Assembly (NCBI GenBank): GCA_038279365.1
Contig: JAYODI010000073.1
Span: 1 to 29,315, forward strand
Source of the DNA: Candidatus Latescibacterota bacterium
Lineage (GTDB): Bacteria > Latescibacterota > UBA2968
Reading direction: 5' to 3'
DNA length: 29,315 nt
Numbering within the stretch: the stretch's first letter is position 1; the number at the start of each line of letters is the position of its first letter. Positions 19,018 through 26,595 of the stretch are shown one piece after another. The notes below the pieces were generated by a model that saw only the letters and a list, made by a program, of their open reading frames with translations, had not been told where the DNA came from and ran no database searches. The translations under genes were made by a program, and so were the position numbers.

Positions 19018-19030
19018 TTGCTTTTAAGGT

Positions 19031-19900
19031 TTACAACAACGGCACCAATCGCAACGCATTTTGAGAATAAATCTTCGCCGCAACCTCATCGGGTATGTTC
19101 AATGTGTTGAGATATTCTTGCAAAGCATTGCCGGGGGCATCGCGCCCAAAGAGTAAGCGGTCTTGGTTGGTGATGAGGAAGTTGAGCCCACCATCGTCCA
19201 TTCGTTTGAGCGCGTTGAGACCCGATCCTGCAGATAGGTCAGCCCATAAGTTGGTGTGCTGATTAAGCAGATCGAAAAGCTTGCCACCCGGTGTGATTGG
19301 GCCAGAAGGATACTTTTCGGAGTCGGTGGCTTCGTTGCCACTGATGTGTCGCCAAAAGCCAGGGGCGTGGCCAACAAATATGGTGTTGGGACATTTGGAT
19401 AAGGCGCGTTCTAAGGTGTCGATTTCTCCACCATACCAATCCTCTTGATAGACGCCATTGAGATAGGGCGTGTCGATGTGTAAAACAACGGGCGTGTTGA
19501 GTGATCCGGCGGTTTGGAACAATTCGATGGCGCGTGGGTCATCTAAGACGGTGCGGTAACTCCATTCTCCACAGATGCGCACGTTGTGCATTTTCACAGC
19601 GGCTTCAAACATGGCCGAGGCATTGCCTTCTGTGGGGCAGGGGCAGTAACCAGCTATGAAGCGGTTGGGATATTTTTCACAGGCGCGAGAAAGATCGTCC
19701 AAAGTAGCACCTGCGTGGGTACCATCAGGACGCACATTGCATGGGTTAAATACGCGATAGTTGTTTTTGATGTGTTCGCCAGGGGGCAAATACCAGGTTA
19801 GCAGCCAAGTCACATCAAAACCAAAACGATCCATTTCCTCTAAAACACCTTCGGCATTGAGCCCGTGATAGTAGATGTGATTGTGTGCATCAATGATCAT
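19031..19900 (-). CDS. Amidohydrolase_2 family metal-dependent hydrolase
   Basis: IIDAHNH, PVVLH, FVGHAPGFW, LWADLSAGSG, RLLFGRD. ATG 19900 has an AGGAG RBS. Confidence 0.88.
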   Translation of the reverse strand: MIIDAHNHIYYHGLNAEGVLEEMDRFGFDVTWLLTWYLPPGEHIKNNYRVFNPCNVRPDGTHAGATLDDLSRACEKYPNRFIAGYCPCPTEGNASAMFEAAVKMHNVRICGEWSYRTVLDDPRAIELFQTAGSLNTPVVLHIDTPYLNGVYQEDWYGGEIDTLERALSKCPNTIFVGHAPGFWRHISGNEATDSEKYPSGPITPGGKLFDLLNQHTNLWADLSAGSGLNALKRMDDGGLNFLITNQDRLLFGRDAPGNALQEYLNTLNIPDEVAAKIYSQNALRLVPLL

Positions 19901-19912
19901 GTGGTACAACTC

Positions 19913-20764
19913 CTAAAAAGATTCCAAACCCAAAATCTCAAACGCATTGCGATAAATGACAGCTTCAATTTCATCCTCATCCAATCTGGGTAAGGCGGTG
20001 CCTTCGAGCATGTTATTAAGTGAACGCAGCCCTTTTATAGAACCATTAACGGTTGCAAAGGGATAGTCGGTGCCAAAGAACAGTTTGTCCCACACGCCGT
20101 ATTCTTGCACCAGCATTAAACTTTGATAGAGTTGGAAACGGCGGTAGTAAATGGCACTCACATCGGCATAAACATTGGGGTGTTTGCGAATGGTGGCCAC
20201 GCACTCGCCTTCGTAAGGATGCGACAGATGGGCCATAATGATTTTGACATCGGGAAACTTGATGGCCACATCGTCAATATGACGCGGTAAAGTACAATGC
20301 AAAGGTGCTTGGGCTATAAATGTGGTGCCTGTGTGGAGCAAAACGGGCAGGTGATGTTGGGTGGAATATTCCCAGAGCGGATTAAGCAAAGGATCACTCG
20401 GCACAAAACCGGCATACATCGATAAGAGTTTGATGCCTTTAAGGCCCAGGTCCTGGTGGCCCTCTCGAAGTTCGTCTTGCCATCCATCTTGTGTGGGATC
20501 AACAGATAAAAAGCCGACAGAATCATGGGCATGTTTTGCGACATAATCGGCCACATAATGATCGTCTACCCACAACCCACTTAATTTGGCTTTGCCACCA
20601 AAGACAATGGTTTTGGTTTCTTCATCGGCTGTGGCGCGATAGTCTTCATAACGCACCGTTAAATCCACGCCATTGCTTTTCCAAGCACGTTCGGCTTGCA
20701 TACGGAAATCGTCACCAAAATGCTGGGGATAAGCCCACGCATGGCAGTGTACGTCGTAGATCAT
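19913..20764 (-). CDS. Amidohydrolase_2 family metal-dependent hydrolase
   Basis: YDVHCH, GLKGIKL, PVLLHTG, IMAHLSHP, VYADVSA, FFGTDYP. Likely start is ATG 20764 (AAGGA RBS), not 20950. Confidence 0.9.
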   Translation of the reverse strand: MIYDVHCHAWAYPQHFGDDFRMQAERAWKSNGVDLTVRYEDYRATADEETKTIVFGGKAKLSGLWVDDHYVADYVAKHAHDSVGFLSVDPTQDGWQDELREGHQDLGLKGIKLLSMYAGFVPSDPLLNPLWEYSTQHHLPVLLHTGTTFIAQAPLHCTLPRHIDDVAIKFPDVKIIMAHLSHPYEGECVATIRKHPNVYADVSAIYYRRFQLYQSLMLVQEYGVWDKLFFGTDYPFATVNGSIKGLRSLNNMLEGTALPRLDEDEIEAVIYRNAFEILGLESF

Positions 20765-20877
20765 GGTTGTTCCTTTTGCATGAATCAGTTGATGCATGGA
20801 CACATGGTTGGGTGATTGAAACCTGACCTTCTTTATACAAAAAAGTGGGGCATCTTGGTAGTGTTTTAAAGAGGGGA

Positions 20878-21468
20878 TTAGAACATAGATGGCAGGGTGT
20901 GGCCTGTAAAGCTGGCAAGTTGAACAACGAGGCGATATGTGAGGCCCCACAAAACAGGACGATTGGGGCCTAAGAGGTCAATGGCTGGCACTTCTTTTAA
21001 GGGTTGCCAGTTTTTGAGTTGGAGGGTTTGCAAACGGGTTGGATTGATGATGTCGTGGAACGAAGACCAAAAAGCGTCGCAGACTTCGTCGTTGGGACAA
21101 AGCGTGGGTTTGTGATGTGTGGCGTACACATAGGCCGATACTTGAATGGGCAAAGATGCACCCGTTACGTCGTCTAATTGGCCTAAGAATTGCGTTTGCG
21201 AGAGATCCAAACCAAGTTCTTCACGTGTTTCTCGTTCAGCCGTTTGTTGCAAGTTTGCATCTTCAGATTCAATGGTGCCCCCCGGAAAAGCAATATGCCC
21301 CGACCAAGGGTCTTTGGGGTGTGCCGCACGCTCGATAAATAAAATCTGCAAATCGTTCTCAGTTGAATGAAGAAGAATTGCAACAGCAGCCTGTTTTTTG
21401 TCAGGCTCTGCAAATCGTTTGGGCTGGTGGGTTTGGAGTGCGGTTTGTATTTGTGAATAGGGTGTCAT
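20878..21468 (-). CDS. Nudix hydrolase, CoA pyrophosphatase (NudL/PCD1-like)
   Basis: AAVAIL, ERAAHPKDPWSGHIAFPGG, Nudix box GG...TAERETREELGL, LWGLT. Confidence 0.9.
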   Translation of the reverse strand: MTPYSQIQTALQTHQPKRFAEPDKKQAAVAILLHSTENDLQILFIERAAHPKDPWSGHIAFPGGTIESEDANLQQTAERETREELGLDLSQTQFLGQLDDVTGASLPIQVSAYVYATHHKPTLCPNDEVCDAFWSSFHDIINPTRLQTLQLKNWQPLKEVPAIDLLGPNRPVLWGLTYRLVVQLASFTGHTLPSMF

Positions 21469-21490
21469 ATTTTTGATTTTGTGAGTGGTG

Positions 21491-22387
21491 TTATCCCACC
21501 TTTGCCATTTCTGAGTCGGATCGCCAGAGAGAAACCACTTGTTCGGTAATGGCGTGGATGACAGGTTCTTTGGCGCGCGCTTGGAGGTGTGTGAAATACA
21601 GGTCGCAGTATAGCGGTTCGTCTACTTCCCAAATGGCAACTTGATTGGATGTTTCTGCCACGCGACGTTCTAAGACGGAGAGGCCCACACCGCCCTTAAC
21701 CAACTCGAAGCGGGTGGCGTCGTCGTTGGTGGACATGGCCTGGCGAGGCGTGAACCCTCGTTTTTTAAACAGATCATCCGTCAAATCCTGAAAAGGACAA
21801 TAGTGTGTGTCTCGAATCCAGGGCATTTGGGCCATATCGCTCCACGTGGCCTTTTTGATTTTGTCGGCCCAAAGGATGGGGGCCGCAATGGCCAATTCGA
21901 CGGTGAGCAAATGGTGTGCGGCAATGAGGTTGGATGTGGGCGTGCCATACATACATCCAACGTCCATGGTTTGGTTGAGCAAAGCTTCTGTGATGAGGCC
22001 AGTCGAGGAAGATATAAATTCTACAGTAATTTGTGGATAAAAAGTGTGCATACATTCAAAAAGGGCTGAGATGCGTAACCACTCGGGCGGTATGTTCAAA
22101 CCAAATGTGACTTGCCCCGTGGGTTCATTACTCAAGTTTTGTGCGGTGCTCATGAGGTCTTGGGCAGAGTCTAAGATATGTACCGCTTTTTCTTTAAGGG
22201 CTTCTCCTGCTGATGTTAATGTCATGCCTTTTGGGGTACGTGTAAACAAAACCACGTGTAGTTCTTCTTCGAGTGCTTTGATGTGAGCACTCACAGATGG
22301 GGGCGATGTGAATAATTTTTGTGCCGCACGGGTGAGGTTTTGTTCTGCCGCCACGGTGATAAATGTGCGTAAATGATAGAGTTCCAT
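21491..22387 (-). CDS. LysR family transcriptional regulator
   Basis: HLRTFITVA..NLTRAAQKLFTSPPSVSAHIKALEEEL..LFTRT..GMTLT HTH, followed by a substrate-binding domain; divergent from rhodanese. Confidence 0.95.
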   Translation of the reverse strand: MELYHLRTFITVAAEQNLTRAAQKLFTSPPSVSAHIKALEEELHVVLFTRTPKGMTLTSAGEALKEKAVHILDSAQDLMSTAQNLSNEPTGQVTFGLNIPPEWLRISALFECMHTFYPQITVEFISSSTGLITEALLNQTMDVGCMYGTPTSNLIAAHHLLTVELAIAAPILWADKIKKATWSDMAQMPWIRDTHYCPFQDLTDDLFKKRGFTPRQAMSTNDDATRFELVKGGVGLSVLERRVAETSNQVAIWEVDEPLYCDLYFTHLQARAKEPVIHAITEQVVSLWRSDSEMAKVG

Positions 22388-22392
22388 GAGCG

Positions 22393-22429
22393 TTCTGTTT
22401 TTCTGAATGCACGTTTCAGGTCTTGTGAA
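22393..22429. promoter_or_regulatory. Tandem LysR-type T-N11-A binding sites
   Basis: TTCT-N7-TGAA (22393-22407) and TTCA-N7-TGAA (22415-22429), 22 bp apart, in the divergent intergenic region. Confidence 0.65.
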
Positions 22430-22510
22430 TAGACAGGGACGAGTTTTCTAATTATATCTAAAAGTGCAGATCAATCATAGATCATTTTTATTCACTTTTA
22501 GGAGGTATGT

Positions 22511-22924
22511 ATGACCGTTTGTGAAGATATGTTTTCGCGTGTGTTGGAAATACCGCCCGCACCTGCAAAGGACGCACATCGTTATTTTTTGAATAAGCTG
22601 GCTTGTGAGACCGATCCTTCGGATGTGCATGCCGATATTGAAAATAAAAAAAACGATTTTGTTTTGGTGGATGTGCGCAGTTTGGAGGCCTATCAGTCGG
22701 GGCATGCCCAAGGGGCCATTCATATTCCCCATGTAGATATGACCGCAGAACGGATGGCTGAGTTTCTCAAGGCGCAAATTTTTGTGGTGTATTGCTGGGG
22801 GCCAGGGTGCAATGGCGCAACCAAAGCGGCATATAAATTAAGTGGACTTGGTTTTGCGGTCAAAGAAATGATTGGTGGAATTGAATATTGGGAAAAAGAG
22901 GGGTATCCCATTGCTAAAAATTAG
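22511..22924 (+). CDS. Rhodanese-like domain protein (sulfurtransferase)
   Basis: LVDVRS..AY..GHAQGAIHIP, active loop YCWGPGCNGA, MIGGIEYW; AGGAGG RBS. Confidence 0.92.
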   Translation: MTVCEDMFSRVLEIPPAPAKDAHRYFLNKLACETDPSDVHADIENKKNDFVLVDVRSLEAYQSGHAQGAIHIPHVDMTAERMAEFLKAQIFVVYCWGPGCNGATKAAYKLSGLGFAVKEMIGGIEYWEKEGYPIAKN

Positions 22925-24036
22925 ACCCAGAGCAACGGTTGGCGTATGGCCACATTGCGTCTGATTTCATCGTCTGTTGGGTTGGGCTCTAAATGTTGCC
23001 ACAAGTCTAAGTACTTGTGTTCACGCAATGCCAAACCACCAAATAATAAGGCAGGTTGTCTCATAGGCCAGCCATCAAAATGCTGAACATCAGGTGGCAA
23101 AGGCCAGCTTGATTTGTCGTTGAGATAGGGATAAAGGTATTCTATGGCGCGATGCATGCCACGCCCATCGTCCAAGGTAAATGTCCAGAGGTTGTCAGTG
23201 GGTGTGGAAAGTGTGTAAGCCAACATGGCCATCATATCTAACTGAAAAATAGAATATCCATAGGGTTTGGTCCGAGCAAGTTCAGCAGGAAAGCTACCAT
23301 CTTCGGCCATTTGCTCGGGCAAAAAAACAGTTTTGAAACGTGTTCGACATTGGTCAAGAATATCATTGTGATTTGTGTATTTGGCAAATACAGATGCTTG
23401 CACGGCCCAAGCCACACCGTGGTTGTTGTGGGCTTCCATTTCTTGTACGCCATAAGGATGAGTTGTCATCCAATCTATAAACTGAGAAAACCAATTTTTG
23501 AGGTTTTGTTCAATTTCTGAGGTGAGGGCTTGAGAAGACCTTAAGTGGTCAATCGCAACAGGAATTTCCACAACATGCAACGTGTCAATAAGGCCAATCG
23601 AACGCCCCGAACAAATGCCAGGCAGTGCTTGTGCATATTGCATGTTGGGATTCATGCGGGTGGTCTCATCTAAAAAAAATTCGCTCAGCCATTGGACCGC
23701 ACATTGGGCATATTGTTCTTCATTGGTGATGCAATATGCGGCCGTAAGTGCAGAAACAGTTGTGCGAACAGCGCGCATGATCCGGCGATGCTCTAAAAAT
23801 GCATTGGGATTGGATTCACCATCGCGGCGTATATAAGGCAAGCCATTGGGTGTGTCGGGGTTTGGCCACCAATAATCACCATTGGAATAAAAGTCGTTGG
23901 ACGTTCCTTCACTCATGGTGGCAGGCGCATCTGTAATGTGTAAGGGCGACTGATTCAGGTGCTGTTGTGCGGCTTGCAATATGCGATCTTGATCTAAGGT
24001 GACGATGTCAATGGTTGATTGCCTGAAAAATTCCAT
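22921..24036 (-). CDS. Alginate lyase family protein (alpha/alpha-toroid, PF05426-like)
   Basis: DFYSNGDYWWPNP, PYIRRDG, TRMNPNM.YAQ, GLIDT, NNHG, ELARTKPYGYSIF. Start ATG 24036 is likely (track 24096); no signal peptide. Confidence 0.85.
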   Translation of the reverse strand: MEFFRQSTIDIVTLDQDRILQAAQQHLNQSPLHITDAPATMSEGTSNDFYSNGDYWWPNPDTPNGLPYIRRDGESNPNAFLEHRRIMRAVRTTVSALTAAYCITNEEQYAQCAVQWLSEFFLDETTRMNPNMQYAQALPGICSGRSIGLIDTLHVVEIPVAIDHLRSSQALTSEIEQNLKNWFSQFIDWMTTHPYGVQEMEAHNNHGVAWAVQASVFAKYTNHNDILDQCRTRFKTVFLPEQMAEDGSFPAELARTKPYGYSIFQLDMMAMLAYTLSTPTDNLWTFTLDDGRGMHRAIEYLYPYLNDKSSWPLPPDVQHFDGWPMRQPALLFGGLALREHKYLDLWQHLEPNPTDDEIRRNVAIRQPLLWV

Positions 24037-24129
24037 GATGGTGCCCTGAGATAATGTGAAGAATAAAGTAATTTCGTAAACAAAGATGGCCTGCATTGCT
24101 CAGGCCACCTTTGTTTTTTAGGTCAAATA

Positions 24130-24879
24130 TTAGGCCTGTGCCAAAAACAGTTCGCGTACTCCTTCTAATGTCCGCTCGGGGCCTTTGAGTGCGGTTTCTA
24201 AAAATGCGCGGCATTTGGCTTCGTGTTCCGCATCTCGTGGTGCCGTTGATGCAAAACCATCGGCATCGGAATAAACCAATTGGTGAGGTGCTGTGCCATC
24301 GGAATAAAACACTTTGTTGATCACGCGCCGTGTGGTTGTGTCTTTGACACGGCCTTGGGGGTTACCACCCTCTAAACAAATAAAGACAAACAAGTTCACT
24401 TTTCGAAATTGTGATTCGGGCACATTGCAGTCGCCTACAATTTCTTTTTGTATGTCTGCCAAATCATCTGCGTGTACATTACCGACCAATGTGTGCCCAT
24501 TGTCGGCGTGTGCAAAAAAATCACGCAAGTCTTGGTCCCACAAATAGGTGACAGGAGGGTGATCACTGAGTTCATTCGAAATGATGCAACTGGGCACTTG
24601 GCCCAGTTTTGTGATTTCATCGGGCAGGGCAATGTCAAAGCGCAAATGACCTGGCACGAAGCTTAAAAATGAGCGCATGGTGGTGGTTTTGCCAATGCCA
24701 CCTGGGCCTGAACCTGTAATGAAGGCTGCGCCTTTAGATACGGTAGATACAAACCAAGCGGCCAGTTCCAAATCGAATACTTTGAGTTCGATCAGGTCCA
24801 ATAACGAACGGGCACGTTCTTCCCGTTTGGGGTTGCTCATGCTTTGTAACACTTCTGCATTGTGTTTTGTGTATTCCAT
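24130..24879 (-). CDS. Orphan P-loop NTPase related to the type II/IV secretion ATPase C-terminal domain
   Basis: Walker A GPGGIGKTTT, Walker-B-like IISNELS, His-box-like GHTLVGNVHADD; GGGAG RBS. Confidence 0.65.
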   Translation of the reverse strand: MEYTKHNAEVLQSMSNPKREERARSLLDLIELKVFDLELAAWFVSTVSKGAAFITGSGPGGIGKTTTMRSFLSFVPGHLRFDIALPDEITKLGQVPSCIISNELSDHPPVTYLWDQDLRDFFAHADNGHTLVGNVHADDLADIQKEIVGDCNVPESQFRKVNLFVFICLEGGNPQGRVKDTTTRRVINKVFYSDGTAPHQLVYSDADGFASTAPRDAEHEAKCRAFLETALKGPERTLEGVRELFLAQA

Positions 24880-24915
24880 GTTGTCTCCCGCGACTAAGAT
24901 GATAAAGATGAAATG

Positions 24916-25095
24916 TTAATGTGGTATGAGATCATCTGAATAATGATCTACGAGTGCTGTTGATACACGGTCAATAACAATTGTTGCCAAGTCGCGTCAA
25001 TTGGTCTTTTGAATGGCTTGTGCACAGCGTAACATTTGCGTGAGCCATTTGGAGGAGATGTCTTCGGGATTTGCTGGTGTTTCTAATTCAGACAT
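24916..25095 (-). pseudogene. Probable internally deleted phosphotransferase (EcKinase/APH-like) remnant
   Basis: AAGGAG RBS and ATG 25095 give MSELETPANPEDISSKWLTQMLRCAQAIQKTN, then TGA (24997-24999), then in frame RDLATIVIDRVSTALVDHYSDDLIPH and TAA. The family resemblance is from memory. Confidence 0.5.
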
Positions 25096-25175
25096 TTAGA
25101 CTCCTTATTCAGACGAGATCTAATGGATGAATGTTCCTCATGGGCTCAAGGTACGTTTTGTGGTGAGGCGTCATT

Positions 25176-25892
25176 TCAGGTGATGCGTGTTGTTTGGGCC
25201 ATTTGAATAAGGTTTTCAAATAGGCGATCAAACACTGTTTGTGGCATTTTTTCAGGATGAAATTGTACGCCCATAATTCTGCCATCTTTGGTTTCAAACC
25301 CTTCGACAACTTGGTCTGAGCTTTGAGCGTTCAGATACAGACCTTGCCCAAGTTTTTCAATGGCTTGTACATGAAAACTGTTTGTTTTCGTAATGTGTGT
25401 CTCCAAAATATTTGCCAAGTGTGTGTGAGGTTGTATGTTGATGTCGTGAAAGACGGGGTGATCGGTGCGTTTGGGTGAATGAGGTGATGTGTTGCATTGA
25501 TTTTGTACATCGGCATAAAGGGTGCCCCCAAAACGGGCGTTGATAAATTGCATGCCATAACAAATGCCTAAAATAGGAATTTGTTTTTTTTGTGCCCAGT
25601 CAAAAGCCCATTTGTCATTGTTATGGCGTGTGACCTGAACGGGTGGTAGGTCTGGGGGCAATTCGCCAATGAGTCCATCTGTAATACCAGGCCCACCCGT
25701 AATAATCAGGCCGCTTAATAAGGCGCAAATAGGAGCAAGCGAATGAGCACTTTCTGTCATGGGAAGCAACACGGGGCATCCACCCGCCCGTTCAACCGCC
25801 AACACATAGTCGTGATTAACAGATTGCTGTGCTTTGTTTTGATCTTGGGTGGGTGTATAACTTGTCGTAATACCAATCAGAGGTTGATTCAT
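25176..25892 (-). CDS. Gamma-glutamyl-gamma-aminobutyrate hydrolase family (peptidase C26, class I glutamine amidotransferase-like)
   Basis: PLIGIT, AVERAGG.PVLLP, GLIITGG, PILGICYGMQ (Cys), NSFH.QAI, VQFHPE (His-Glu). Confidence 0.92.
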   Translation of the reverse strand: MNQPLIGITTSYTPTQDQNKAQQSVNHDYVLAVERAGGCPVLLPMTESAHSLAPICALLSGLIITGGPGITDGLIGELPPDLPPVQVTRHNNDKWAFDWAQKKQIPILGICYGMQFINARFGGTLYADVQNQCNTSPHSPKRTDHPVFHDINIQPHTHLANILETHITKTNSFHVQAIEKLGQGLYLNAQSSDQVVEGFETKDGRIMGVQFHPEKMPQTVFDRLFENLIQMAQTTRIT

Positions 25893-26061
25893 AAATTCAC
25901 CACAGTTTGTTTTGTTTTGCCATTATTTTGAAGGCGTAAACAAGTTACGCATTTTTTTTAGGCAATCAACGTATTTTATGGGTCATATTTGAGCAAAAGA
26001 AAAATTCCATTTTGTATTTTTTTAATTTGTGAGATGTTGCGACCATGTTATATTAAACACC

Positions 26062-26580
26062 ATGAAAACTATACATTTACGTCCATTCGCTGAACAAGAC
26101 CGCGCAACTTGTGTGTCTATGTTCAAAGGCAATACACCACGCTTTTTTAGCATGGCAGAGTTGCCTGCATTTGAGCAGTTTTTAACCGATTTGCCCCATC
26201 CTTTTTTTATGGTTGAAAATGGTGACCACGAAATCATAGGATGTGGCGGGGTGACATTTGTTGCAGACAAATCCACGGCGGGTCTTTGCTGGGGCATGGT
26301 TCGAAATGACATGCACAAGCAAGGTTTGGGGCGCTTTTTATTGTTGTCTCGCCTGGCATATATTTGCGAACAATCTCCTAAGTGTTTGGTAACCAATGAC
26401 ACCAATCAATATGCCTGTGGCTTTTTTGAACGCATGGGTTTTCAGGTGACAAAGGTAACCCACGATTATTATGCATTAGATGTGCATCGTTACGATATGG
26501 AACTTCAACTCAACAAAGAATGGTGTGCCAAAATCAAACAAGACTTAGAAGAGTATCAGGCCACCATTCATTATGTGTGA
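26062..26580 (+). CDS. GNAT family N-acetyltransferase
   Basis: IIGCGG, LCWGMV, HKQGLGRFLL acetyl-CoA motif, GFFERMGF. ATG 26062 is the likely start. Confidence 0.88.
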   Translation: MKTIHLRPFAEQDRATCVSMFKGNTPRFFSMAELPAFEQFLTDLPHPFFMVENGDHEIIGCGGVTFVADKSTAGLCWGMVRNDMHKQGLGRFLLLSRLAYICEQSPKCLVTNDTNQYACGFFERMGFQVTKVTHDYYALDVHRYDMELQLNKEWCAKIKQDLEEYQATIHYV

Positions 26581-26595
26581 GATTAAGGATTGTTT

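Noticed and set aside
18687-19018. Palindromic repeats as a CRISPR array or IS terminal inverted repeats
   Set aside because: Only two copies, no spacer periodicity, no cas genes, and they do not bracket the whole gene; GTAG plus hairpin fits REP.
20765-20950. 62-aa N-terminal extension of the amidohydrolase in the ORF track
   Set aside because: Overlaps the Nudix gene and precedes the family start motif; ATG 20764 has its own RBS.
24997-24999. Selenocysteine codon
   Set aside because: No convincing SECIS-like stem downstream and no redox-motif context; a deletion junction is more parsimonious.
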